The notes under the pieces are model-generated. The model did not search any database, was not told the origin of the DNA, and saw nothing but the letters and a program-made list of their open reading frames with translations. A stretch of 28,587 nucleotides of DNA from a virus (lineage: Duplodnaviria > Caudoviricetes), in IMG/VR virus record IMGVR_UViG_3300031820_000015, positions 1 to 28,587 of that record; one strand, given 5' to 3'. Shown one piece after another: positions 1 to 8,392 of the stretch. The stretch's first letter is position 1. Each line of letters opens with the position of its first letter. Both the position numbers and the translations under genes were made by a program.

Positions 1-16
1 TCACAGGACCTCCTGA

Positions 17-223
17 TTAGAATAGCTGCAATTCATCCGTCTCGCTCATCTCGATCATCTGCTGACTGCCTTTCCACTTGAGTATTCGTGCGGTTGCTTT
101 CTTTTTTGCATTTCTACATTGTTGACAGCCTGCCGCAGGCACGAGCACAATCGTCTCGCAGTGCTCACAGACGTAATCTGTCTCGGTGCTGCCGTCCCAA
201 TAGTTGAGGGTGCGCTGTCTCAT
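17..223 (-). CDS. hypothetical protein with Zn-ribbon-like CxxC pairs
   Basis: CEHC and CQQC motifs; GAGGAGG SD inside the 3' end of the upstream gene. Confidence 0.65.
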   Translation of the reverse strand: MRQRTLNYWDGSTETDYVCEHCETIVLVPAAGCQQCRNAKKKATARILKWKGSQQMIEMSETDELQLF

Positions 224-226
224 GGG

Positions 227-451
227 CTAGCCCTCCTCTAATTCGGCCACATAATGCTGGTGCGCCGTATGGTCGGCATCAAAGAACGATTCGTTTTTTA
301 GATCGCAGTAATGGCGAATGTCTGCAAGTAGGTCGATGAGATCACCAAACTCTACCGGCTCATCGATCTTCAACTGTGAGTATTTGTAATGGGCGAGCGT
401 GGAAGCTACGCGCTGCGCTCGCGCCTTGTTTCGTTTCTTCATTGTTGGCAT
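227..451 (-). CDS. small phage early protein, unknown function
   Basis: GGAGGT SD upstream of ATG; helical DLIDLLADIRHYCD...HY.AE pattern I recall from small phage proteins. Confidence 0.75.
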   Translation of the reverse strand: MPTMKKRNKARAQRVASTLAHYKYSQLKIDEPVEFGDLIDLLADIRHYCDLKNESFFDADHTAHQHYVAELEEG

Positions 452-472
452 ATAAACCTCCCGGTTAACTGA

Positions 473-501
473 ATGATGAACTCAGACGCGCCGTCTGTCA
501 A
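473..501 (-). promoter_or_regulatory. leftward sigma70-like promoter
   Basis: Minus strand TTGACA (501-496), 17-bp spacer, CATCAT (478-473), just upstream of the SD of 227..451. Confidence 0.55.
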
Positions 502-534
502 GTGCTATCAGCGTGTCGTGCATACCACGTAACG

Positions 535-577
535 TGCATATCGCGTGCCGAGAAAAAAGTCGTGTAACCTGTTGACT
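535..577 (-). promoter_or_regulatory. sigma54-like -24/-12 element with upstream IHF-like site
   Basis: Minus strand CGGCACG-N4-ATGCA (550-535) vs consensus TGGCACG-N4-TTGCW; AGTCAACAGGTTA (577-565) is one mismatch from WATCAA-N4-TTR. Confidence 0.5.
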
Positions 578-673
578 TCGTTACCATGTCACATTATCGG
601 ACGTTCAGAAGTGGACGAATTCATAGGGGAAATGACACATTTGTTGAAAATATACCACGGAGAAAGTTTGCGC

Positions 674-701
674 TTGACACATCGTTCAATCTGCGTATAC
701 T
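674..701 (+). promoter_or_regulatory. rightward sigma70-like promoter
   Basis: TTGACA (674-679), 16-bp spacer, TATACT (696-701); heads the long + strand operon. Confidence 0.65.
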
Positions 702-709
702 TCGCGCTC

Positions 710-853
710 ATGCAGTCGGGATCTTTAGATCACATATTCATTGTTCATTCGCCGCGTTTTCTTGACCAGATTGTCGCGGCGACAGGCACGAGGCCTTCGC
801 ACTGTCTCCCGGCTGCGGCGTGGGCCTCGCTGTTTGTGAATGGAACCAAATGA
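710..853 (+). CDS. small hypothetical protein, possibly leaderless
   Basis: ATG at 710 close to the predicted +1; its stop overlaps the next start (ATGA at 850-853). Confidence 0.4.
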   Translation: MQSGSLDHIFIVHSPRFLDQIVAATGTRPSHCLPAAAWASLFVNGTK

Positions 854-1377
854 CAGAAGTAGAGTTCAATGCCGGTTGGCGCTTACTGCTGCTCCAGCCG
901 TGGGCGTATCGGTATAAAGCAATCAACGAATTCGGCGAGCTGTCTTCTGACGCGCACGAGCAACGGCTGTTTTACTTCGAGCAACTGAAAGCGTGCGACG
1001 GCAAAGCGTGGCTGCGGATCGCCAAGGAATACGCCAAAGGCAAAGAGTGGCCCGCGCTCGATACGTTAAAACGCTCGCTGTCGTCGGTCGTGTCGCGCTC
1101 CACAGAGTCACTCGATCCGACCGGTGGTCCGTTGTTATCCTTGGATGAGTTTGGGCGCGATTTATACGACGCGATTCGGCTCCAATCGGGCCAGGTCCAA
1201 CAAGAAAAGAACGCGGTCATTTACGAAAAACAAGGCCTGGTGAAGATGGCGAAGAATGCACGTGACGCCGCAAGCGCGTTACGGGATCAACTCACAGAGA
1301 TATTCCAGCGTAATACGGTAGCTCCTGATGACTTGCGGAGAGTGCTTATGATCGGATCGGAGAAGGTTGATGCCTGA
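850..1377 (+). CDS. hypothetical protein, possibly replication-associated (helicase-loader/inhibitor-like)
   Basis: ATGA-coupled start at 850 (MTEVEF...); helical, WP.L motif; next to initiator-like gene. Function is inference. Confidence 0.6.
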   Translation: MTEVEFNAGWRLLLLQPWAYRYKAINEFGELSSDAHEQRLFYFEQLKACDGKAWLRIAKEYAKGKEWPALDTLKRSLSSVVSRSTESLDPTGGPLLSLDEFGRDLYDAIRLQSGQVQQEKNAVIYEKQGLVKMAKNARDAASALRDQLTEIFQRNTVAPDDLRRVLMIGSEKVDA

Positions 1378-1630
1378 ATGGTTCTTGTGTTTTCTCGTAG
1401 TGAATGGACTCGTTCCGCCTGAGCGGTTCAAGGCGTTGTCGTTCCACGATCTCGGTCATTTCTGTGAACTCTTGTGGTCTCAATGGGAAGATGGAAATGT
1501 GGATCTTCGGGCTGTTCCTCCGGTTCTCCTGTCTTTCTTTTCACCCCTCGTGAAAGATCCTTCTCTGTGTGTGTATTTACCGTTAAAAGGGGTCAGTGAT
1601 GCACTGATGGATGGATCGTCTCATGCCTAA
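1367..1630 (+). CDS. hypothetical protein
   Basis: GGAGAAGG SD; overlaps both neighbours. Confidence 0.55.
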   Translation: MMPEWFLCFLVVNGLVPPERFKALSFHDLGHFCELLWSQWEDGNVDLRAVPPVLLSFFSPLVKDPSLCVYLPLKGVSDALMDGSSHA

Positions 1631-2192
1631 GCTGCCTTGGTGGCCGTTCTACGGTCGAGATTTCTTTAATGATCCGAAAGTCCTTGTGATGTCGTGGGCG
1701 CAGCGCGGGATGTACCTCAAGCTCCTCGATATTCAGTGGATCGAAGGCTACATCACGGCGGATGTAGCGTTGAGTTGTGTTTCCGCTTCTGGAAGAAAAC
1801 GTTCGTTTGAAATGCAAGAAATGAAAGCGGTAGTCTACCATTGCTTCACGTCTGACCCGCTCAATCCTACCCATCTTCTCAACGCACGAATGGACCGTAT
1901 CAGAGCGGAACAATTAGAGAAAGAGGCCCAGAGACATGCGCGTGCTGTCCGAGGAGGCCAAGCAGCTCAAGCTCAGCGTAAGGTCAGCTCATGCTCAACA
2001 CAAGGTCAGCAAGTGCTCAGCCACTCAGAATCAGAACCCTCCGAAGACTCCGGGTTAGACGCAGAAGCAACTCTTCCGAATGGTTTCTCTTCAGCTCAAG
2101 CTCGGACGGAACCCCGGAAACATCGACCGCAAAGCGCTCTCGATGTGCTCGACTCCACTCCTATCATGCCAAGAGGGAAACAGCCTGACTAA
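1623..2192 (+). CDS. YdaU/DUF1376-like phage replication initiator
   Basis: N-terminal LPWWPFYGRDFFND...MS..QRGMY..LL..QW signature, then a charged helix, RGG.A and a low-complexity repeat region. Confidence 0.75.
   Translation: MPKLPWWPFYGRDFFNDPKVLVMSWAQRGMYLKLLDIQWIEGYITADVALSCVSASGRKRSFEMQEMKAVVYHCFTSDPLNPTHLLNARMDRIRAEQLEKEAQRHARAVRGGQAAQAQRKVSSCSTQGQQVLSHSESEPSEDSGLDAEATLPNGFSSAQARTEPRKHRPQSALDVLDSTPIMPRGKQPD
1963..2028 (+). repeat. 22-bp tandem direct repeats (candidate origin iterons)
   Basis: CAGCTCAAGCTCAGCGTAAGGT / CAGCTCATGCTCAACACAAGGT (18/22 identical) / degenerate third copy; extra CAGCTCAAGCTC at 2092-2103. Confidence 0.65.
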
Positions 2193-2262
2193 CTCCTGTG
2201 TGTTGAAATGGATACACTGTGGCAGAATGCATCAGTGACGCAATATCGGCACCTAGGAGAGC

Positions 2263-2601
2263 ATGATGACAAATTTAGTCGCCTTTAACTGTCTTGAACC
2301 AGAGTTGGCTGCATTAGCGACGGCACGCTTTTATCAGCTCCAGGCGATTCGACCATTCACAGGTCGCCATCGTGGGCAGCGGATTGGGGGATTGATTCAT
2401 GCCTACTCGCTTGGGTGGGTGGGGAATCGACAGCATGGGTTACGAATGCTCGCGTTGAGAGCACGCGCGGGCCGGCGGAAGCCGGGGAAGGTGGATTATG
2501 GAAAGCCTTATCCTGTTCCTCGTAAGTCTCAGTCTCCTCGGGCACAGTTTCGTGTTGTACGGCCTGTGGCGGCTGTGGAAGCAGACGAGTATCCCTGTTA
2601 A
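2263..2601 (+). CDS. basic hypothetical protein
   Basis: AGGAG SD; 104-nt overlap with the next ORF makes it uncertain. Confidence 0.45.
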   Translation: MMTNLVAFNCLEPELAALATARFYQLQAIRPFTGRHRGQRIGGLIHAYSLGWVGNRQHGLRMLALRARAGRRKPGKVDYGKPYPVPRKSQSPRAQFRVVRPVAAVEADEYPC

Positions 2602-2755
2602 CCCACCGACCGTGTATCAGTCGGCGGAGGGGACGGGGGACGAACCAGAGAGTTGGTTTGTGTCGGACGCCGAACAAGCGTTACGGGAGCAAGAGCTCAT
2701 TCGGCAATCGCAACAGCGCGAGCAACGAGCACAATGGCCCCACAAGACACGATAA
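2498..2755 (+). CDS. membrane-anchored hypothetical protein
   Basis: N-terminal hydrophobic helix LILFLVSLSLLGHSFVLYGLW, then a charged helical tail. Confidence 0.6.
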   Translation: MESLILFLVSLSLLGHSFVLYGLWRLWKQTSIPVNPPTVYQSAEGTGDEPESWFVSDAEQALREQELIRQSQQREQRAQWPHKTR

Positions 2756-3141
2756 CAGACAAGACGAACGAGACAGCGTACCAGCCACCGATCGTGCCTC
2801 TTGCGGGCAGGCAGAGGCCTTCTCGTGGCCGTGGGGAGTCGATCAGTCAGCGGATGGCGCGCCATGTGTCGGCGCATCTCGCGGTGGGGGGAACCCTCGA
2901 CGCTCCAGAATTGTGGCAAGCCCTCGGGGGCACCCTCGCCGCATATTTTGGGGAGTCTTCCGCACGAACTTTTTCGAAATCCGAGGAAAAAAGTATGGAC
3001 CAATTTTTCGGCACGCTGAAAAAATTGGTGGAAGTGAGCTTGAGTAGTCAGCGAGTGGCGTTGAAGTCAGGGGGTGGGTCGGGCGCGGCGGGACGGCTCA
3101 CGGAGTTTCGGAAGCTGATTGCGCAAGCGGAGACGGAATGA
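2734..3141 (+). CDS. hypothetical protein (weak terminase small subunit candidate)
   Basis: Helical, about 135 aa; ATGA coupling to the next gene; no diagnostic motif. Confidence 0.55.
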   Translation: MAPQDTITDKTNETAYQPPIVPLAGRQRPSRGRGESISQRMARHVSAHLAVGGTLDAPELWQALGGTLAAYFGESSARTFSKSEEKSMDQFFGTLKKLVEVSLSSQRVALKSGGGSGAAGRLTEFRKLIAQAETE

Positions 3142-3335
3142 ACGCGCCGGGTTTGCGCGTCGAGCCGCGCGACCAGTTTGGCGCGATAGCCCACTGCAGG
3201 TGTACGGCCTGTCGGCGACTGCGCCCGCAGGGCAACGTGGCTGAGTGGCAGGGTCCTCGTCGGTCGGTGTCGTTGCATCCGTTGGTGCAGTTGGATCAGC
3301 AGTTACGGGAGGAAGGACGCGAGCGTGAGGCATGA
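3138..3335 (+). CDS. hypothetical protein
   Basis: ATGA-coupled at both ends; HCRCTAC motif. Confidence 0.55.
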   Translation: MNAPGLRVEPRDQFGAIAHCRCTACRRLRPQGNVAEWQGPRRSVSLHPLVQLDQQLREEGREREA

Positions 3336-3526
3336 AACAGGCGTTGGGCACGAGCAATCCGACATGGGCGAAAACGCGACTGGGGGACGTGCGGTGTCTG
3401 AACTGTCGGTGGCGCGGGCGGTTTGACGCGTTGTTGGCGGAAGCGGATTCGCGCTGGCTCTATTGCCCCGTGTGCACGAGTTCCCGATGGACCTATGAGA
3501 CGCCCGGAGGAGCGGCGAGCCGATGA
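3332..3526 (+). CDS. Zn-ribbon protein
   Basis: CLNC and CPVC; ATGA-coupled. Confidence 0.65.
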   Translation: MKQALGTSNPTWAKTRLGDVRCLNCRWRGRFDALLAEADSRWLYCPVCTSSRWTYETPGGAASR

Positions 3527-4053
3527 TTCTCGGGATTGATGTGGGACTCACGGGAGCGGTAGCGGTATTCAGCGATGAGGGCACGCCGATCGAGGTGTAC
3601 GATGTGCCGACGATGGCGAACGGCAAGAACGCCAGGAGGGTGAAGTGGCAAGTAAATGCGGGCGCGTTGTCACACGGGTTGTGGGACCGGCTCATGCGGG
3701 AGTACAACACGCCGAAGGAGACGACGGCGTATGTCGAGCAGCAAGCGCCGATGCCGGCGCAAGGCGTGAGTTCCGTCTTTTCGTTGGGCCACTCACTGGG
3801 CACGGTGCAAGCGGTCTTGGCGGCGATCGGCATTCCGTTTCTCATGGTGCAACCGCAGGAGTGGAAGAAGCATTTTAAATTGCAACATACGGACAAAGAC
3901 GCGAGCCGCACCCTCGCCATTCGGCTCTTTCCGACGATGGAGTTGCACTTAAAGAAACATCACAATCGCGCCGAAGCCTTGTTGATTGGCTCTTACGGCG
4001 TGGCGCGTGAACGAGGAGGGGTACATGTTACCGATGACGTTGACGAAGTATGA
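3523..4053 (+). CDS. RuvC-like Holliday junction resolvase (phage type)
   Basis: ILGIDVG.TGA motif I, AYVEQ motif II, SSVFSLG, P..WKK, HNRAEALLI motif III. Confidence 0.88.
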   Translation: MILGIDVGLTGAVAVFSDEGTPIEVYDVPTMANGKNARRVKWQVNAGALSHGLWDRLMREYNTPKETTAYVEQQAPMPAQGVSSVFSLGHSLGTVQAVLAAIGIPFLMVQPQEWKKHFKLQHTDKDASRTLAIRLFPTMELHLKKHHNRAEALLIGSYGVARERGGVHVTDDVDEV

Positions 4054-4417
4054 GAGCGTGGCGATGCAACCGGCCAGACGGACGGAGTTGCTGGAGGAGT
4101 TGGCGCGGACGCTGGAAGACCGCAACCGCCTGAAACGGCATAACGACGACATCGCGAAGAAGGCGAAGGAGATCCTCAAGGCGCGAGAGTCGCGCATCAC
4201 GGAGCTGACGGATCAACTCACGCTGGGGACGGAATCGGTGGGACGTGATTGTACAGTAGAATACAACTTACTCACAAATACGACTGTGCTCAAAGACGCG
4301 AAGACCCACGAGCTGATCGAGGAGCGGGCGATGACGGCGATTGAGCGGCAGGAGTTTGCGGACAGCCGCGATGATCAACCGAGTTTCGGGAATGGCAGCC
4401 GGCGAAAGCATTCATGA
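4025..4417 (+). CDS. hypothetical protein with coiled-coil N-terminus
   Basis: GAGGAGGG SD at 4013-4020; coupled to the next gene. Confidence 0.7.
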   Translation: MLPMTLTKYESVAMQPARRTELLEELARTLEDRNRLKRHNDDIAKKAKEILKARESRITELTDQLTLGTESVGRDCTVEYNLLTNTTVLKDAKTHELIEERAMTAIERQEFADSRDDQPSFGNGSRRKHS

Positions 4418-4608
4418 GCGTCTATCCCTTGCCTAACGGCAGTCAGGTCTGGTTCCACGACGCCGATGTGTACAGCCTCATGCTGATGGGGGACAAAGGA
4501 GGTGGCGAGCCGACGATGCTGCATGTGTGGCTGCGCGGCAGTCGAGCGGAAATCACGTTGTACGATCGGACGACATTTCTGCCACTGTGGGAGCGGGTCA
4601 CACGATGA
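4414..4608 (+). CDS. hypothetical protein
   Basis: ATGA-coupled at both ends. Confidence 0.6.
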   Translation: MSVYPLPNGSQVWFHDADVYSLMLMGDKGGGEPTMLHVWLRGSRAEITLYDRTTFLPLWERVTR

Positions 4609-4784
4609 AGCCGTACCTCACCGACACGCGCTGCTACGCGATGTTCGTTGACGAACATTCACGAGCTGGAGTGAGTTTTCACTGCGGATGGCCTGGTGCG
4701 TGCGTCTGTCCTAATGGCGGGATGTACTGCGTGATCCATGCGATCGAGTTCTTTTGCGCCATCCGCGCCGGGAAATTTGGATGA
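4605..4784 (+). CDS. Cys/His-rich small protein
   Basis: ATGA-coupled; C..., CGWP, YCVIHA pattern. Confidence 0.55.
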   Translation: MKPYLTDTRCYAMFVDEHSRAGVSFHCGWPGACVCPNGGMYCVIHAIEFFCAIRAGKFG

Positions 4785-5035
4785 GTATTTATATGCCGTG
4801 GCTGCCATACGCAACGAAACCGCTCGTCGTCCAGGTCGTGCAATGGGACGTGCGACGGGGCGCGGAAGGCGTGGAGCGGCATCCGCAGATTCCCGGCTGG
4901 GGCGTGCTGCGGAGCGAAGATGCGAAGTGTGAATATCTCGTGCGGCCTGGCGATTTCATTCTCGACCATCCGCAAGCGTACCCGATCATTCTGCCGCCCG
5001 AATGGGTGCCGCTGTTGCTCACGAGGAAAGTATGA
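4781..5035 (+). CDS. hypothetical phage protein
   Basis: ATGA-coupled; KP.VV..VQW and V.PGDFI motifs. Confidence 0.6.
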   Translation: MSIYMPWLPYATKPLVVQVVQWDVRRGAEGVERHPQIPGWGVLRSEDAKCEYLVRPGDFILDHPQAYPIILPPEWVPLLLTRKV

Positions 5036-5205
5036 CGTGCGATCATTGTGGTAATATCGTATGGCATTCATATTATCCCGACGTTCATCCGAGGGCGTTC
5101 AAGATTTTTGGGCCGAATGCCCACGTGTGTTCCCTGTGTGGCGCGGTGCGATATCCGAAGGAGTTGGAGACGCAGCATGAAACCCATCCAGGTCCCATTG
5201 CCTGA
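5032..5205 (+). CDS. Zn-ribbon protein
   Basis: CDHC and CSLC; GAGG SD. Confidence 0.6.
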   Translation: MTCDHCGNIVWHSYYPDVHPRAFKIFGPNAHVCSLCGAVRYPKELETQHETHPGPIA

Positions 5206-5308
5206 GCCTGTGTTTCGGTGGATCTGCGCCCGGTTCACGCCGGCGACCAAGTGTTTGACGGTGGAACTTGATGGGCGCGTGTACAAACTCCATGCGAGTC
5301 GAAAATGA
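5177..5308 (+). CDS. small hypothetical protein
   Basis: GGAG SD; ATGA coupling downstream. Confidence 0.5.
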   Translation: MKPIQVPLPEPVFRWICARFTPATKCLTVELDGRVYKLHASRK

Positions 5309-5688
5309 GCCTCACGAATTTCGTCCTGGGTATGACGAAGAAACGCTCCTGTCGGCATTCCAACACGATTCAGATTCAGAATTTCGTGAAGCGGGTACTC
5401 GCACCACCCATTCAGATGCTCACACCGGATGACTACCGCAAACTCTCTGCCGAGTACGCGCTGAAATTATCACTTGACAGAGAATTGCCGCTTGCTGTAG
5501 TCTGCGCGTCCATGGGCAATAACAATCCGACCAAACCATTTGAGCGGCCCCCGAAATTCAACAACCCGATGCTCCGTTCGCCCTTGGGTCGGCACGTCGA
5601 TCGCCAGGACATCGATGATCCGCAACCCCGCAATCAGCAATCTACGAACGATAATTCCAATCCAGATAAATATCGCGAGGAGACGTAA
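5305..5688 (+). CDS. hypothetical protein
   Basis: Coupled at both ends (ATGA, TAATG). Confidence 0.55.
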   Translation: MSLTNFVLGMTKKRSCRHSNTIQIQNFVKRVLAPPIQMLTPDDYRKLSAEYALKLSLDRELPLAVVCASMGNNNPTKPFERPPKFNNPMLRSPLGRHVDRQDIDDPQPRNQQSTNDNSNPDKYREET

Positions 5689-5804
5689 TGCCTGCCAAGC
5701 TCGAACGTTGCGTAAAAGACGTGAAGCGTAAAGGCAGCAAAGTGAATCCATACGCGGTCTGCAACGCATCCATCAATCGCAAGAAAAAATCGAAAAAACG
5801 ATGA
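5688..5804 (+). CDS. 38-aa very basic protein with two Cys (below ORF-track cutoff)
   Basis: MPAKLERCVKDVKRKGSKVNPYAVCNASINRKKKSKKR; GAGGAG SD; TAATG and ATGA coupling. Confidence 0.75.
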   Translation: MPAKLERCVKDVKRKGSKVNPYAVCNASINRKKKSKKR

Positions 5805-6022
5805 CGATTTACTTGACGAGCCAGCATCGCGAATCTCTCTACCGCTTGAATCCCTCTGATCCTGTTGCCGCTTTTGTCAGCATGGCCGACGCCGTAGCGC
5901 TTGCGCAGCTCAAGAAACGTCCCGCGCACGATACGCGAGAAGAAATCGTGGTAACGGAGGATCCGAAACTCCTCGATAAATGGTTCGAGTTTGACCCCAA
6001 GCCAAGCAAGGACGCGCGGTGA
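5801..6022 (+). CDS. hypothetical protein, paralog A
   Basis: About 54% identical (hand count, ungapped) to 6019..6252. Confidence 0.8.
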   Translation: MTIYLTSQHRESLYRLNPSDPVAAFVSMADAVALAQLKKRPAHDTREEIVVTEDPKLLDKWFEFDPKPSKDAR

Positions 6023-6252
6023 TGACGGTCTATGTCACGAGCCAGCAACGGCAATCCTTGTATCAGTCGAATCCATCAGATCCATTTGCCTGTTTTTGCG
6101 TCCAGCTCAATAGCTCCTCCAAGGCAACACTCACAAGTCGCCCAGGTTACGATACACGCGAAGAAATCATCACTACTGATGATCCTGTGTTGCTTGGTTA
6201 CCGCTTTGCCTTTGATCCGGCTCCCGTCGAAGTAATCCCGGATGCACCGTAG
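6019..6252 (+). CDS. hypothetical protein, paralog B
   Basis: Shares TSQ.R.SLY..NPSDP and RP..DTREEI..T.DP.LL...F.FDP with 5801..6022. Confidence 0.8.
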   Translation: MMTVYVTSQQRQSLYQSNPSDPFACFCVQLNSSSKATLTSRPGYDTREEIITTDDPVLLGYRFAFDPAPVEVIPDAP

Positions 6253-7924
6253 CGACCTCTATCTCAACTTCATTCAATCGCTCACGATCCGCACCAGGGA
6301 TCGCCAACGAAAAAAACTCCTCCTCAACAACACCCAACGTAAAGCCTGGAAGCTGATTGCGGATCGACTTGATCGTCGTGAACGCCTGTGGTTCGTGATT
6401 TTGAAGGCCAGACGCGAAGGGATCTCCACGTTGATCGAAGCCTTGATGGTGGCGAAGTGCGCCTTCGAGGATTTGGTGCATTGCAATATCACGGCACACG
6501 AACGGCCCGCCACGAAACGCATTTGGGAGATGGCGGAACTCATGATCAAAACCTCGCCGCTCTGCGACTTCTACGGCAAACTCGGCACCAAATTGTCCCT
6601 AGGAAACAGCTGGATTGATATTTCTACTGCGGGGTCGTCCAATGCGAGCCGTTCATCAGACCTTACCTGCTTCCACGCTTCTGAAGTGGCTTTTTGGCCA
6701 ACTCCAGATGCCTACATTTCGACGCTCCAAGCTCTACCGGATGATGAAGGTACCATCTGTGCCCTGGAAAGTACGGCGAATGGTAAAGTCGGCGACGGTG
6801 AACTTTTTTACGACGAGTGGCAGCGGGCAGAAAGTGGGGAGTCGAATTTCATTCCCCTATTTCTCTCCTGGTGGGAGCACGAAGAATATCGTATTCCTGG
6901 TGCGAAACTCGAAGCGCACGAAGACGCCGGCTTCGCCGAAGAAGAAGCGATGTTGAGGCGTGTGTTCTCCCTCGATGACGAACAACTTGCGTGGCGGCGC
7001 TGGTGTTTGAAGAATAAATGCTTGGGCGATGTGGACAAATTTTATCAGGAGTACCCAAGTACGGCGGAAGAGGCATTCGTGCAATCGGGCTTGCCGTTCT
7101 TTCGCTCGGCGCAGTTGATTCCGCTGCATCTGCATTTGAGAAAAGGCAAAAAGTATCGGATCGAGAAGACTGGCAAACTCATTGCTGACGAGAACGGGCC
7201 GCTGACGTTATGGAAGGTGCCGAAAGATGACGATCAATCATTTATCGTGGGAGCCGATTCGTCGATGGGACTCTCCCAACAATCTCGCTCGCGAAGCGCC
7301 GCGCAGATTTTATTGATGGACACAATGGAGCAGTGCGGCGAGTACGAAGCGGCGTCGGCGCCGCACGTCTTCGCGCAGCATTTGGTGGGAATGGCTCGCC
7401 TCTTCAATGATGCGCTGATTATTCCCGAAGTACAATCGAGCGGCGGCGGCGGCGGTCGCGAGTTAGTCGTGTTTATTTTGGAAATGGAGTACATGAACAT
7501 CTACCGCTCGAAACAAGTCGATTCAGTCATGCAGCAGACGGGGCAGATTTACGGCTGGTCCACGAACGCGCAGACGCGGCCCCGCATGATCGCTCGAATT
7601 CGAGAAGTGATCGACGAACGCTCAGCGACGGTCCATTCGATCAAGCTGGTGAAGCAGCTCGGCGATTTCGGCGAGAACGAAGCTGGCCGATTGAAGGCGC
7701 TCGCGGGACGTGATGATCTCCTGTTTGCGTGGGGGATTGCGTTAATGGGACGATTCGAATACTATGCGGGTCAAATTCCGCAACCGGAAGAAGTACAACC
7801 GGACTGGAGTAACCTCGGCATAAAAAACTTGGCCGACATCGGCAAGGTGCTGGTGGCCCATCGGGAGAAAGTGACATCTGGCGAATCAGACGACAGCGAA
7901 CCGGAAAGTTACCTCGAACTGTAG
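6242..7924 (+). CDS. terL: terminase large subunit
   Basis: Walker A ILKARREGIST, Walker B FHASE, motif III ESTANG, QEYP...EEAF, nuclease IVGAD and DDLLFA. Confidence 0.95.
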   Translation: MHRSDLYLNFIQSLTIRTRDRQRKKLLLNNTQRKAWKLIADRLDRRERLWFVILKARREGISTLIEALMVAKCAFEDLVHCNITAHERPATKRIWEMAELMIKTSPLCDFYGKLGTKLSLGNSWIDISTAGSSNASRSSDLTCFHASEVAFWPTPDAYISTLQALPDDEGTICALESTANGKVGDGELFYDEWQRAESGESNFIPLFLSWWEHEEYRIPGAKLEAHEDAGFAEEEAMLRRVFSLDDEQLAWRRWCLKNKCLGDVDKFYQEYPSTAEEAFVQSGLPFFRSAQLIPLHLHLRKGKKYRIEKTGKLIADENGPLTLWKVPKDDDQSFIVGADSSMGLSQQSRSRSAAQILLMDTMEQCGEYEAASAPHVFAQHLVGMARLFNDALIIPEVQSSGGGGGRELVVFILEMEYMNIYRSKQVDSVMQQTGQIYGWSTNAQTRPRMIARIREVIDERSATVHSIKLVKQLGDFGENEAGRLKALAGRDDLLFAWGIALMGRFEYYAGQIPQPEEVQPDWSNLGIKNLADIGKVLVAHREKVTSGESDDSEPESYLEL

Positions 7925-7932
7925 GAGGACGC

Positions 7933-8184
7933 ATGGACGCGCCGCAGCCGAATCAACCGCCGCCACCGCGTGAACCCACAGCTCAACATTTCGTGATGTA
8001 TCAGTATCCCAGCGGACAGACTGACATCCACATGCCCGTCGATCCGATCGTGGCGTTCAAACTCCTCGCCGTGGCCTGTCAATCGCTCTGCGATTTTCAC
8101 GTGCAAGTCAGAAAGAAACAAATGGAAGACGAGCAGAAACCGAAAGTGGGGCCGTCCAAAATCATTGCGGTGGGCCATGGCTAA
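7933..8184 (+). CDS. hypothetical protein
   Basis: AGGAGG SD directly after the terL stop. Confidence 0.7.
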   Translation: MDAPQPNQPPPPREPTAQHFVMYQYPSGQTDIHMPVDPIVAFKLLAVACQSLCDFHVQVRKKQMEDEQKPKVGPSKIIAVGHG

Positions 8185-8392
8185 AATTCCTGTGTGCCGC
8201 TTCGAGGACTGCCCGAAAAAAGATTCGCTCGACAATCCGCTCGTCAACATCGAGGAATACGAAGAGGCGTGGCTGATGCGCTGTAGCTACTGTGGCCGAC
8301 ATCGGATCGTGACGAAGGATAAAGTTGGGGGGACCATGGGCGCTGGGCGTCGAGGCGATGGCACGGTGACGGCGATGGGACGAGGCGCATGA
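8177..8392 (+). CDS. Zn-ribbon protein
   Basis: CRFEDC and CSYC; coupled at both ends. Confidence 0.65.
   Translation: MAKIPVCRFEDCPKKDSLDNPLVNIEEYEEAWLMRCSYCGRHRIVTKDKVGGTMGAGRRGDGTVTAMGRGA

Noticed and set aside
2200-2230. Possible promoter TTGAAA...TGgCAGAAT
   Set aside because: The spacer is only 14 bp; a lone extended -10 is too weak to call.
7440-7456. (GGC)n run in terL and poly-Gly runs in 8979..11006 as phase-variation tracts
   Set aside because: In-frame triplet repeats encoding Gly loops or linkers; slippage would not shift the frame.
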